DNA from: Pavona decussata
Taxonomy: Eukaryota
DNA: 64,000 nucleotides
Direction of reading: 5' to 3'
Assembly (NCBI GenBank): GCA_977016875.1
Contig: CDRNST010000038.1
Coordinates: forward strand, 1,550,001-1,614,000
Of the stretch, positions 10,560 through 24,126 are shown in pieces. The notes under the pieces were generated by a model. It was given only the letters and a program-made list of their open reading frames with translations, searched no databases and was not told where the DNA came from. Each line of letters starts with the position of its first letter. Position 1 is the first letter of the stretch. A program made the position numbers and the translations under genes.

Positions 10560-13117
10560 TTAGAAAAATGCAGGGCATGTGTGCTCTATAACACAGTTTT
10601 TACAATGCTCCCTTATATACATGAAAGTCTCATAACTAAGGTTACATTCCTGCACATTCAAGTACTGGACACTACAGCACTGTGCAGCAATGGTCTTGAC
10701 TCCCATGTCCGTCACGCGCTCACATCCACGCACACTGAGTTTCTTTAGCTGAGGGCAGTGAATTCCGATAATGTGCATACCGTTATCCGTGATGTCACAC
10801 TTTCCCGCATCAAGGGATCTCAGTTTGAAACAGTTTTGAACAATGTGAGTGATGCCAACATCTGACACAGCTTCGCATCCTCTGATGTTCAAGTACTTTA
10901 ACTTCACACAGTGCTTTCCAATGTATTTCATTCCAGTGTCTGTCACTGGACACTTTGCTACACTCAGATATTTTAGGTTTGCAGAATTCTTAGCAATCTC
11001 CTTCAAGCTAAAATCCCTCACCTTGTAACAATCACTGACACTTAGCTCTTTCAAGTGAGAACAGTGCTGTGCAACATGCTTAATGCCAACGTCTGTCACA
11101 CGATTGCATCTGCGTAGGTACAGGCTCTCAAGCAATCCGCAGCTGAGACCCACAACTCTTAGTCCCAAGTCGTCAAAGGCTACACAATCACTCAAATCTA
11201 AGTGCCGCAACTGTAGGAACGAACCGTGATGTCCCATGCCAAATCCGTTTGCTACTGGTGCTGATAAACTGTTGACACAAGTACATCCACTGGTATCAAG
11301 ATGCGTGAGGGAATGACAATTAAGCAAAATGTCATGTAGTCCTTTGCTGGTGATGCAACAACAGCCAGACACATCAAGGTCTTCAAGGTCTATACAGAAC
11401 CGGGCTATGAAGCCCAAGCCTTTGTCAGACAGTAGTTCGCAGCCAGTTAATTTGACTGCATGCACAGTGATGCAGTAACCCTGCGTGTCCATTGCTAACT
11501 TTGCCAAGATGTTGCGCAGTACTTTGTTGATATCACTGTCTTGGTAATTGGTGATGTTAATGTTTGTCCAAAGCACTGGATCCCAACAGAGAGTCTGCCA
11601 CTTTTGACAGACGCCTGATACTCTGCAAAGGTCTCTTGTCGATAAATAAGAAAGAATAAAGATCAAAATATCCTCTGGAAGATCATTCAAAGAATTAAGT
11701 CCAACAGCAGACTTTCTCCGTGAGTGGTAAGGAAGGACTTCTTCAAATGCACTGTGATCACTAACAGTGGTTGAATCACTATCATACCTTCCTCTTGGAT
11801 AAGCTGGCTTTGTTTTCTCTAACTTTGTAATTCTGCTGCGCAGTTGAGCTTGAAGCGAGTCTTTTCTTTTAATTTTACGAGCTTCGTCCTCCGGCGAACT
11901 TTCATTGTAACCAATACTAGCGCTCAGGTTACTGCTTCTCTGCGTGAAAGGAGGCAAATCCACATCATCTTCAGCGTGACCATTAGATGTATCAGATAAC
12001 TGCAATTTGCCAACAGAGGAAAGAATTCCGTTAGGAGTAATGCCTCTCAAAGCAAGGTCACCATGATCTCTGACAGAAACACTAAATTTATCTTTCTCAG
12101 AGGACATGGTGGAAATAGGTTCAGTGAATGACTGTGAAGATGAACTCTGGACGCTATCGGTATCTGTCGGCCAGTTATTTGTCTTGCGGTGCCCACCAGG
12201 TTCCAACTGGGATCTACCTGATGGCCCAACTCTATCAATCACATCCATGCTGACACCATTTTGTCCCCTATTTTTAACTTTACTTCCAGTTCCTTTTTTG
12301 TACTTTCTCTTCAAAGAAAATTCATCGTAAGTTCCAACCTCCTCTCCCGTATCTGCAAATGCAATCCGGTGACGCACTTTGAAATCACTGTCAGTATCAG
12401 AGCTTGTTTTTGACGACTTCCTGGGATTATCTTTTCCAGGCTGAGCTAGTTTCTCAGTTAAATCAGTTGAAGCCCTACGGAGCTTCTTTTGAAATTCAAT
12501 CGCTTGACTGTTCTGCTGTTGTTTTCGTATCCCTCTGATCTCCTGGTCCTGTTTGCGATCTCTTGAATGCTCGCGTGGTCTTTGTTCGCCATTCATTTTG
12601 CTGTAATCTCTTACACCATTACTGTCGATTTTCACAGTCTTATCATTGGAAGACTTGGACGGCCTTTGTCTGTCTCCTCTCTCAGCTCTTCCTCTATGTT
12701 CTCCCCTAGCATTTACTTGCGCACCCCCAGACTTATGATTTCCTGTTGTGGAGTTTGTTCCATGCCGTAGCCTGTCGTTTCCTTGTCTATCCTCACCACC
12801 TCTGAGAAATTCTGGTACTGCTAGCTCCTCCCTTGGTATCATCAATCCTGGACTATCCCTCGTAGAAAAATCTGGATCCTTTAGATTCCGTGTCACAACA
12901 GGAGAGGAGTTTTCTTGACGCTTCTGTTGCTGGGTGTCTTTCAAGAAATCAGGAACTTCATATTCCTTCAGAGGCAAATGAATTGAACTTTCCCTGTGAT
13001 TGCTACTTTTCACAACTGGACCATTACGATGTGTGACTCCACTGCGCCCAAGCGTTGGGGAGAACTGCTTGCTATCGTGGGTTTTAGGAGATTTCCCCTT
13101 TCTTATTTTGTCTTTTC
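10560..13117 (-). CDS. FBXL7: F-box/LRR-repeat protein 7, exon 2 (long disordered N-region, F-box LNDLPEDILIFILSYL, about 11 cysteine-containing LRRs, C-terminal IEHTCPAFF)
   Basis: 875-aa ORF; TTTTTATCAG acceptor with phase 1 at 13117; the C-terminus matches the FBXL7 EHTNPAFF-type ending; spliced protein about 862 aa. Confidence 0.9.
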
Positions 13118-13506
13118 CTGATAAAAAGAAAATACGAGCCTGTATGAGAATAATTCCATGTGCCCAGTTAAACTTAAGCATACACAATCAATGCGAAACC
13201 AATGAGCTTTTGCTATTAAAACCTCACAAAACCCTAGCAATGTTCCAACGAAGCTCTACTAGGGAGAAATTCAGACAAAGAACAAGGCATTGTTAAATGA
13301 CAGGGAAGAAATTAAAGAAATGGTGACAAATAATATTGCGATAGGTATGGGAAAGACCAAGAAATGGGCAGCAAATCTTTTGTTTTTTAAATCTGACAGT
13401 GGTTTGGTGACAACATGTTTCACTTTAAAAGAAGACAAAATTAACCTCCTGTATTGTATAGGAATTGAATGTGTATACAACTGTACCTAGGAATATGGAC
13501 TAGCTA

Positions 13507-16296
13507 CAGTACTGCTCAAATGTAAGTTGACAGTCTCGACTCAATCCTCGCGAGAATCGAGCATTGAGTGGAGCATTGAGACTTGATTCACTCAAAAGTC
13601 AAATCGACCCACAATATTCGATACATGTCGGAATCGCTGAACCAAAACATTCCTGATTATTCACAGTTTGGAGAAAACACTTTTTTTTTTCCTCGAGGAA
13701 TGAACAATTAGAGAGGCTGGTTGCTCCACAAGTGCAGAAACTGAAAAGGCCAACAAAACAGATCAGGCACCACAGAATGAATTTGTCTGCAAAATGTTAA
13801 CTTCAAAAGGAACAAGAATGGTCTCTCCGAACCACCGACAACAAACAAGAGGCAAGGAACAAAATTTACAGCGGTTCTTGGAAAAAAAATGTTATGGAAG
13901 CTTGCTATCTGTTATTTGATCTTTATGGGAGCTGCATGCCTCACTTGTACCCAACTTGTGGCATTTTTAGCTCTTCGAAAAAACCCTGGGAAAGCTCTGT
14001 TTTGAGTTGCAATGTTTTGTTGATTGGAAACCACGAAAAGAACGCACACTTCCATCTACACATTGCTTTGCTTATCAGAAGGAACAGTGTGAGTGGAGTT
14101 TACAGTACCGCTCAAAAGTAAGTTACCAGTCTCGTCTCGTTTCTCGCGAGACGAGAATCTCGTATCGCGAGACGAGAATCTCGTATCGAGAGACGAGAGC
14201 CTCGTCTCGCGATACGAGAGTCTCGTCTCGCGAGAATCACTGAAGCGGAAATTTTGGAATATTACCGAGTTTCTCGCGAGAAGAACTTATGACTGAATTT
14301 CTCGCGCACTTGTCTTGTGTTGCTTTTATTTACACTGTATGCCGTTTTTAAAACGGCCTGTGCCAACGGTGGTTGATTACGTCGACAAGTAAGTTCGCAT
14401 TATCAGAGCTTATATGATTCGAGACAATTTTGTCTTCATTCACTTCAAAGGTTTCGATTCGCGCACAGTGTAAGAGATGATTTATTTCTTCCGTCACTTC
14501 GAAGGTTGCTCGCCGACCTATCAATTTGCAATTGAAACTTTCCCGCACACACAATTCCTACATAAAGAAATCCCAGCCTTATTAAAGTCAAGTTCTGTGC
14601 CTGTATCTATTAAACAGTTTTTTGAAATAATAACCCTGACACTTAAAATGTTTTTCAATTTCACTGCGGTTCGAATTTGCATACATGTACATGTATCGTG
14701 CTTCGCAAACCGCTATTGAATCGAACTTCTTTGCGGTTGCAAAGGCTTTTTCTGCTAAGAAAAAACAAAGTTGTGTATAAAGAAAATCGAAAACAGAAAC
14801 GTTGTTGAAGAGCTAGCGTAAAATGCGTAGTTTTAGTTCAGAATTGATTTCAGTTTATCGTGCACCGAATTTGCATATCGACAACGCCAAGATGTCAAAG
14901 GTTACCGCGCCGCGCTTACGGAAATACGTCTGCGTTCGCTGGCTAAAGGAGAGGTGTGTTGTTTATCGATAGCGTAGTTTGCTACAGGTCGCATGATTTA
15001 GCGAAGCCAACCGAGGAACATTTTTTCTAAGACAAAGCGGCTTTGGAGATATTTATTACAACATTTGCCCTCGGGGAAAGAAGCTTTTTTTCCGAAGATT
15101 TGTTATGTTGATTGCCTTTTATGTTTATGTTATAAACTTATCCCTATTAACGATTAGCAATAACCCGCAAAGTCGTCGCTCGATTGACACTTACATTTTA
15201 GCCACAACCCTTGGCCACAACCCATTATTGAAAAGTAACAGATAGGTTTTTTAAATGCAAATCACATGTAAGTTTTCGTATAAGTCTTATTTGTTTCACG
15301 CCTATGTAATACGCAAATAATCTCTAGCGCACGTACAACAGAGGCCGCAACAGTCTAACTGGTCATCACCAGCTCTATAAAGTGTATGTGTTTGTGGGTT
15401 TGTTTTTTTTTTCTAAATCCCTGAGAGAATAAAAGATATAATAACATACACAGCATTTACAATCTCTTCTACACGAAGACGCTTTATTAGGTTCTGCAAA
15501 TTTATTAGCTCCGATAACCCAACTTGCCACCTCCGAATAAATGCGCAATGACAGATTGATCAGTTCGCTTATCTTTGCAGCCGTCGTTCGCTTACATCGT
15601 TGAAACGCTCTGTAATAAATCACTAAGTACAGTGTATATACAAACACATTAAGTCCTGGATCAAGTCGCTTAACAAAGCAAGCTCGATTTTGTTTGCAAC
15701 CTGGTTCACGATCGATAAGCTTGCGACCGAACTCCATAATTCAGCTTGCTGCGTGACAAGAGCGTCCTGCCGTATCAACAACACCGACACTCAACTTGAT
15801 ATTCTCGCGAAACTCTTGCGAGAAAAGTCAAGCCTAAGTAAATGTACTTACAGTTTTTTCACCCTCTCGCGAGACGAGTTTCTCGTCTCTCGAGACGAGA
15901 GTCTCGTATCGCGAGACGAGAATCTCGTATCGCGAGACGAGAATCTCGTATCGCGAGACGAGAATCGCGTCTCGCGAGAGGGTGGTAACTTACTTTTGAG
16001 CGGTACTGTAATTGTTTTGCATGTTAAGTTTATCGAAGAATCAGTCAAGAGACAATCTCTTTACTTTCTCAGCCTTGCAAGACTCGATCCTCAACTTGAT
16101 TCTCAATAACTGACTCGATCCTCGATTACTGAGACTCGATCCTCGATTCAATTCATGAGTACTGAGACTCGATCTTTGACTCGATTCTCAATTACTGAGA
16201 CTCAATCCTCGATACTCAAAAGTTTCAAGTACATGTATCAAGGAAGGAGTCGAGGTTCAAGACTCGAGACTGTCAACTTACTTTTAAATGGTACTG
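13507..16296. mobile_element. Older non-autonomous Tc1/pogo-like DNA element (TA TSD) in FBXL7 intron 1
   Basis: TA|CAGTACTGCTCAAATGTAAGTTGACAGTCTCG ... CGAGACTGTCAACTTACTTTTAAATGGTACTG|TA. Confidence 0.75.
14103..16008. mobile_element. Younger related element nested inside the previous one; 26-bp perfect TIRs and 21-bp subterminal tandem repeats
   Basis: TA|CAGTACCGCTCAAAAGTAAGTTACCA ... TGGTAACTTACTTTTGAGCGGTACTG|TA; (GAGACGAGAATCTCGTATCGC)n at about 14144-14235 and 15866-15977. Confidence 0.85.
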
Positions 16297-19200
16297 TATG
16301 CTGTATTATAATGTATGTTGGTTATTGCTCCATAGTCTTGTTAATAATTATATTTCCAAACACATCACATGTACAGTTAGTCAACAGAATTTGCATGGCC
16401 ACGTAAAAGTGGTCCTGCCTATAATCCTGGTATTTTTTAAATCTAAACAAAATTCTGACAGGGGCAATTTCTAACTACATGTGCAGGTCTGAAATTTAGA
16501 GATGACAAGTTTTGAAATTTAAATGGTGAATGGACATGCAAATTAATTCTTTAACACTGGCCTGTCACAATAATTATTACAGAACAACTCCACATAGGAG
16601 AAATGAAAAGTTGGGAGAAAAGAGAAGCCTGAAAAACTCCTAAATGAATTGTCAAGACTTGACATTTTGGACACTTCTTTTTCAAGTAAATGAAAACAAT
16701 CTTTTAGAGTTCTTTGAGTTTAAATAACTTTCATCAATGGGTCAAGTATTTGGAAATAAATTACGTAGTGTTGTATTGCCCTGACTGTGAAAGATTAATT
16801 TCTTATTAAAATCAAGCAAACAGCTAACTTATGTTACACAATAGAGTTCCTGTATTTTCTGTTGTTGTGAAGTATTTAATATACTGCTTGTTATTTACTC
16901 ACAGCTTGTTAGATAAAAATAACCATTTAATCTAGGTTTCCATATTAAAAAATCTACAGGTGATAATTAGATTACAGCAAAAAGCATGACCTCCCACATA
17001 GAAGTAATTGTTTTTTCAATTTCAAAGTTATTAAAGGGGAACTATCATGGGGGTTTTTGACCTTTTTTGTTAAAAATGGTGAAATAAGACCTTAACTTTG
17101 CTACAAAATAATTCTAGAACAACGAGAGGAGAGAAAACAACTCAGTTCTTGAAAGGAACAACCCGTGATCTATTCTAGCGTATTTTGGAAACAAAAATGA
17201 GAGAACTTGAAAAACATTAGCTAAGCGTTTTCACATAAAATAATGCCGGTGAAACAAATCATGTGATTTATATGTGTTAATTAAAGCATGCCTAATTCAA
17301 AGTTCCTTCTCTGCTTTGAACATCTATGTGACAGTCCATCTATGCATAAATTTTTAACTTTGTTAACAGCACTGAGCTTAATAAACTTTGAAAAACCATT
17401 CCATGGTCAGCAGGGGTATATTTTTAACATTGCTTCACACAAGGTATTTAAGGCAAAACACCAGCTAGGGTTAAAATATTTAGGCCTTAAGCTCTCCTAT
17501 GCATTAATTCAGCTGATTCTATAGACGTCTGATGAACATTACATCATTGATAAAACAGAACTTGGGAAACTATCCTTCCCTAAAAATAAATAGCTGTTAT
17601 ACCTGAAGAAGAACAATAAACGGTATAATTTTGTGAACAGTGAGTTATTAATTTTAATATACCCATGTATTATTTTTGGTTTTAATTTGTTTTTCTCTCT
17701 GACAAGTTGATTTCTGGTCTGGACAAAAAATGCACATTACACTTGCCCGAACTGAAAGAAAGTTAATTCTTTCCCTGCAAAAACTTGACACTGAACGATG
17801 AATCGATTGTGTATTGAGTTTTCAGCAAAATGCCTATGAGGCCCAATTGTGGGCTTGAGGTGATTGGGTGAAAAAAAAAAGTTAGCTTACAACAAGCTCT
17901 TGCAGAGCTTGTAAAATAATTCTCATTTTTCTTGAAAAGACATATGACCTAGTGCATGCTGCTTCATCCTATGATAATGTGTACAAATGAACAACAACCT
18001 TTTTCTCAACATTTTCACATGTATTTCATAACAAAAAAAGGGTCAAGGTGGATCTTCGTTAAACAGCTGCAAGGTGACAATCATTGGTGTTGATCCAGAC
18101 ATAGTTGCCAATCTAATTTCGGATTTTGTAAGACATAAAATACAAAGTAAAATAATAAAAAATAAAACAAATAGACATGGCCAGTTTTTTGTTACAGTGT
18201 ACCACCATTTCTCAGCTCTTTGCAGATACAGCATATTTGTTGCTGCTAAATTGTAAAAGAACCTTAAAGGATAAACTTGTGATGATGGCCAAGTTAACAA
18301 TGCAGATGTACCTCTGATATGTAACCCGAACCACTTTAAACTGCAGAAACTTGGTCATACATGTTCATGTTACTCACTGCAGATAATATTCATTTGACAA
18401 ATAAAACTTGCAACTTTTACACATCTTCAAATATTTACATTAAGAAACTGTCAAATATAAATCTGGATTGTCACAAATATATTGGATTCACTTTTCTGAT
18501 GTACATGTAATATTGCGCCTGTTGATGTTACATTTTATAAATAGCCTTTAACAGTAGTTTATAAATAATATATTTTGCATTCATTATGAACAAACTCCGG
18601 CAAATTAAAAAAGGCCAAAATGGACACACGACTAAATCTTGCTGCCAAAAGTTTTCTTGAAGAAAAAATATTTCAAATGTGAGGTGACCAGGCGATAAAT
18701 TTGCACTGCGGCGAAAAAACTTCAATATCAACGCTATAAACAGCAATGTATCAGATTTGAACACCTTGCACATTGTACAACCACGGGTTTACATTTTCGG
18801 AAGCGCGAGTCAAATTTCCCGGCATTTAATCATATGAAAGCTCAAAACAAGAAATTTAATAAATCGCAAGGAATTGACAGCTATTTTATCGCTACATGAG
18901 CTGGCAGCAATCTGTTAGAATCAAATTGTAACCGATCGATCTGATGCAGACATGCGCTGGCCACCCCGGTTGTAAACAAACAGATTTGAAAGTCTAAATG
19001 GCTACGCAGCAATAGAAATAATTAAAAATGCCCGAGAGTTTAGTTGACTTTACAGGTATATCTGTCAGCATTGTAAGGTGTATTATGCGGCTGAAACACA
19101 TGTAATTTTTGTGTCACTTTCGCGATAACAGATGAAATTTGACATTGTCGCTATAAGCCTTACATGTAGTATGGTTTGCAGTTGCAAGGTGATAGCTTTC

Positions 19201-20089
19201 TTACGAGCAATTTATCTCCTTGTCCGAGGCTAACGTTCCAGCGAAAAATTAAAGGGAGATGAAACTACAGTTACTTGAAAAATTTCACTAATGCAATGCT
19301 TGGATAAATAACTCGAAAGAATACATTAATGGTTACAAAATATTGACCATATAATTATATAAGTACGTTCGAATTCTCGAAGCATGAAAGGCGAGCTCGA
19401 TCTTTCAAAAAGACAAGGATAATCGATGCAACAAGCGGCAAATGGCGGAACTTTTCTTCTCGGAAGCAAATAATTACCATTTCAAAAACTTTCTTGGTGT
19501 TTAGTGCTGAAATAACGAAGCGAAAACCAAAGTGACAGAAAAGAATGTAATGAATTTGCTGAAATCCTCTAAGCGTGTAGAAATAGTAAGCCTCCATCTT
19601 GTTCAAACAAATGCTTCGTGAATAGGTTTACCCTTACGAGTAAAGCTAACACATTGTGTACACACGGTTTTAACTCGTAAGAACTCGAATAATATGTCAT
19701 TTTTGATTTCTGTTAACTTCGATTTAAGGCTAACGAAGGCAAAACTGAGTGATGCAGACCAGAATTCTGTGTGACGCCGCGAGAACTATTACAACAAAGG
19801 CGGTTGACGAGTTATTCAACTGGGATTTCAAACGAAGTGTTATAAAAAGCCTTAACATAAAGTTAATACGTTTAATAGATGCTTTTATTGTCGAAATGGT
19901 CCGAGGAAATTTCGCTTGCGGCCGCAAAAAGTCTAAAATATTTGCCCGAGGTGTTTAGCATTTCGCGGTGCTGTCGATCGTTCGCAGTATTGTCATGCAA
20001 AATCTCCCTTCACAACTCAGTGTCACACTTGAATTTCAAGTATTTTAAAGCGCTTGTCGTCTTAAACCAAAATTTAAAGGCTTGCTTAC

Positions 20090-20120
20090 CTTCTGGACTT
20101 CTTCCTTGTGTATTCCCCAT
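20090..20120 (-). CDS. FBXL7: FBXL7 coding exon 1 (MGNTQGRSPE+G), myristoylation-type Gly2 start
   Basis: ATGGGG start, GTAAGC donor, phase 1 joins exon 2 to give MGNTQGRSPEGKDK, similar to the vertebrate MGANNGKQYGSEGK start. Confidence 0.8.
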
Positions 20121-21977
20121 TATTCCATATGTAAAACTTCCACCGTAAATGGCATCTCTCCACGCAGTTACGACATCTTGCCGTTGCCCTGTTCCGAGAC
20201 CTCAATCGCTTGTACTGAGGCCCCGATCTGTCAAACGCTACTCATTTTGTTTACGCACAAACAATGAGTTCTCAATATAAATAATTTATAATATGTCGCA
20301 TCAATAAAAGACAGCAATGTAAATACCTATCAGCAATCCAAAAAATCAACGGTAAATATTTGATCAAAGACACGTTTTGACACGTGAAATTATTTCCTAC
20401 TGGTCCATAATTCCTGTGTTGGATACATGACACATGTTCACTGCGATATTGCACGCATACAGAATCTTTCAAGAGAGTGCTTTTAATGTTTACCGCAAAT
20501 ATTTCACGCAAACTTGCACTCGGGCAATAAGGTCGTTAAAATTCTTTTGTTAACTTTCGAGGTTGTGGAAGGAGGGCTGTTAAGGCAAATTAAAAATCTA
20601 TTTTTACCGCACCCAGCCAGTTTGCGTGTTTCGCGTTATTGACACGCTGTGAAATAGATAACAGGATTATTTTAAGCGGACAGAAGTGACATTTATTTGA
20701 CGAATACCAGTTGTATCATGCAAGAACAGCTCTCGTGAATATATGATTTTTAATCACTGCTAACGCGTAATGAAAAAAAAAAAAATGGAACAAAAAGAAA
20801 AAACAAAACAAAACTATCAAACATTGACAAAGGCAATGATTTCCTTAACTATTCCTTGTGCATCGTGGCTTGTTATTAAAAAAAGTGTAAAAGAATCGGC
20901 AATTTGTGCTTGTCAGTCGGCCAAAGCAGGAAGTTTTGTCAAGAAAACAAAAAACTTGCTGCTATTTCAGCTCAGAAATTCACCGAAACTTGCCAGTTGA
21001 CGTGGTTTAATATGCGAGGAAATAAAACTTAAAAGACAATTTGCTGACTAGGGGCATCTCGGTAACTTTTTTAAAGTGGCTTACGGGACCTCGACGTACA
21101 TCCGCATTACCGGAAAATGTCAAATATTTCAGTTGCAAATATTGTCCAATATTGTCCCTTTCAATATATAAGTTTTCTCCGCTGAAATTATGCTTTTAAC
21201 CCGCTGTAGAACGCGAAAACCTTTTGCTGCTTACGTCACTATACCACTTTGCCCGCCCTTCCAAGCTTAATATACAGTAATCATTCTAAACCGACGTTAA
21301 TATGCAATATCACTTTAGTTTACGACTTTTTGGTGCTACATCAAAAGAGTCATGATTTCTAAGTTAATGGTTTTATTCACGTATTCTCTTATCTTCCCCG
21401 TTCTTGACAATGTAATGAATTTCAAGGGCGACTATTGTTTTCTTTTCGACGACAATAGAAGGGTCAAACAGTACAGAGGTCAAATTCAGAGGATATTCTC
21501 AGTTGTGGCCAAGTCAGTTTTGTAATTTTTTGGTTTCAGTGTACTGAACAATTCTCCGGCACAGATGATAGGGACCGATATGCCTTTGAAGTATTCAGAT
21601 GAATGAACAGGCTGGCTGAATCCGGCCGTTGTCGCGCTAGTTGATTTTTCTTGAAAAAATTAAGAGAAAAACGAAAAAAAATACACTTTTGATGTCTGTT
21701 TAGCTTGGTTTTGACAACAGAGAAATCAGTTTACAATCACGTTCACGGCAAACCTCAAAGGTGAGATTCGCGTTTATGTTTTCTTGGAAAAATTAATACA
21801 TAGATGAGAATCGATAGTACAAAGTAATTCTGGCCTTTGATGTTGACGCAAAACACTCAATTTTACTGAGAACTTGAAAACAGCGACCGGCAAATATTGG
21901 GTAACATGGTCACGTGGTCATTTCTGCCGTTAACTGTAAACGTATTCTAAATCTCTCAAATATCAAGAGAGGGTTAC

Positions 21978-21978
21978 T

Positions 21979-22021
<43 letters not shown>
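21978..22021. repeat. (ATTT)n microsatellite
   Basis: Direct reading. Confidence 0.9.
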
Positions 22022-22022
<1 letters not shown>

Positions 22023-23001
22023 TTAACAGAATTGCGCTTTTTAGTCCTTCTTAGCCTTCAAACTGGATAGGCCAAAAAACTTGAAGACATGATAGATGAA
22101 GACAGAGGCTGATCACAGGGTATGTCTTGTTATTCTGACTTAAAGAATGGAGATGCGTCCTAAAGAACGACCATTAAATAAGCTGCAAAGCGGGATACTG
22201 GAAGTGAAATATATATAATACATGTAAGTGAGCTGCAGATGAAAGAGTAAATGAGTGATCGAGAACCATCGATCGTAATTGTGTGGCTGCTAATGGACAG
22301 GATTCGAATCCATGATGACTTCTGCGATACCTGTACAGTGGTCTACCAACTGAATTATTACCAATCTTGGACAATTGCAATGAAAAATGAAGACAATCCT
22401 TTCTCCCCATTTCAATGATGGAAAAGTGGCGCGTTTGCTTTTCGCGCGAATTTAGCATTGATTTTTTTTGGGGGGGGGTGGGGAGGTCCAATTTCTTTTT
22501 TTTTTGAATTCTGTTCAAGATTGTAGCTATTTCGTGGCATCGCTGCTTACTATGCAACACAGCGGTCTAAAGTTTTTAGTCGAATATCCTAAACGATCAT
22601 GTCGATCAATTCATGTGAAAGCTACTGAGCAGTACTCGGTGCAACTGTCTGCAAGCCGTTTGAATGGGAAGCTTACTGAGAAGATTTGTCAGCAAAGGTC
22701 CACTTTGGAATTGGCTAACAAGGTAACTAAAACCTGTGAAGGGTCCAGAAAAATATCTGTCAAATTATGCATACATTGCCCCCGGCGGGCCTGCTCTTTT
22801 GATCCAATGGCATTGACGGATCTGTTCCTGGCTATTCGGATAAATCGCTGTCCAGTGGACAAAATGTACTCCAACTAATACGACTGTTCAGACATTTTAT
22901 CCGCTTGATAGTAATTTATCAGCTGGATAAAGTTATCCACTCTTTGAACAACCGGGAATTGATCAAGAGTCGAGTTTGTTCGGTTTTCCCCGTCGCATTC
23001 C

Positions 23002-23378
23002 CTTCTCCAAAATGGCGGCCGAAAATTCAAATAAGTTTAAATTAAAAACGTATACCAGCACTAGAAAGAGCACTTTTACTTTAGTAACCCTGCAAAGTTT
23101 CAGCATATCAGGTGTAATATCAGCTGAGAAAATGTAAGTTGAAAAATGACAAATTTACAGACGTTTGTATGAGTGGGTGTATGACGTATACCCCCAGTCA
23201 TACAAACGTCTGTAAATTTGTCAAATTTCATCTTACGTTTCCTAAGCTGATATAACACCTAATATGCTGAAACTTTGCAAGGGTACTAAAGTAAAGGTGC
23301 TCTTTCCAGTGCTGGTATCAGTTTTTCATTCAGTTTAATTTTAACTCATTCAAATCTGTTGCCGCTTTTTTGGAGAAG
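23002..23378. mobile_element. Foldback MITE (~185-bp arms, tiny loop)
   Basis: CTTCTCCAAAA...ACAGACGTTTGTATGA / TCATACAAACGTCTGT...TTTTGGAGAAG. Confidence 0.8.
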
Positions 23379-23903
23379 CCTGGGTCTATTGTTCTGAGTT
23401 TGCTTCAAGTGTTGCAAGCCAACATTACACAAGCACTGAACACAAACGGAACGAACTAATGAACTCGAAGCAAAGATATTGAAGCTGCTGTCGCAACGCG
23501 GAATTAAGTACGGCAATACAACAGGCGACGCGCGGGAATCAATGATGCATTATAGCACCTAAGTTAGGCCGTCGTGCCAAGCGCGCGAAAAAAAAAACAA
23601 CAACAACAAAAAGCACCACCCGGTGCTAAGAGCTGGAAAACGTGCGTTCGTTCTGTGCTCCCGATTGGTTGAAAGACTAGCTTGTTTGCTCGGATTGATT
23701 AGACTATAGTAGTGCCTCAAGACTTTTTTAATCAATCACGGAGCTCGGCAAACAGAGCCTGCGTCAGGAATCAAAGCAAACGGATACTGTGTTTTCGATT
23801 TTCGTTTGAGCGTTGCGCCAAACCAAAGGAGACACAACAACAACAACAACAACGCGTCCCATTTTACAAGTTTCCCTCCCCGGCCTAATGAACTAAAATA
23901 TTA

Positions 23904-24126
23904 ACATGAAACAGAGAGCAGGGAATATTCATGCTAAGTGAATCAGCCATGTTTTCACATAGGATCACTGTAATGACCTGTTATATCAAAGGCAAGTCCG
24001 CTATGGGTTCGGCTATAATGAGCGGTTATCAAGTCTGCTTTAAATGTAGGAGACCGGGGTTCGAGTTCATGCCGGTGAACCATATTTTCACATAGTACGT
24101 TATATTTTACTTTTACGCGTTAACTT
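23904..24126. mobile_element. tRNA-headed repeat family B: inverted tail, then tRNA-like head, then body
   Basis: B-box GGTTCGAGT near 24058; tail CATGAAACAG..AGCAGGGAATATTCAT is the reverse complement of the tails at about 33120-33208 and 34300-34393. Confidence 0.6.

Noticed and set aside
13118-13187. N-terminal residues of the 875-aa ORF (MCMLKFNW...)
   Set aside because: Intronic read-through across a pyrimidine tract and AG; the true start is the MG exon at 20120
14144-14235. 21-bp repeats (also 15866-15977) as a CRISPR-like array or as SRDENLV repeat proteins
   Set aside because: Contiguous tandem units without spacers, subterminal in a TIR element; the ORFs are by-products of the repeats
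17596-17630. Hammerhead-like TTATAC-CTGAAGA...GTATAA
   Set aside because: No stem II or GAAA; too degenerate to call
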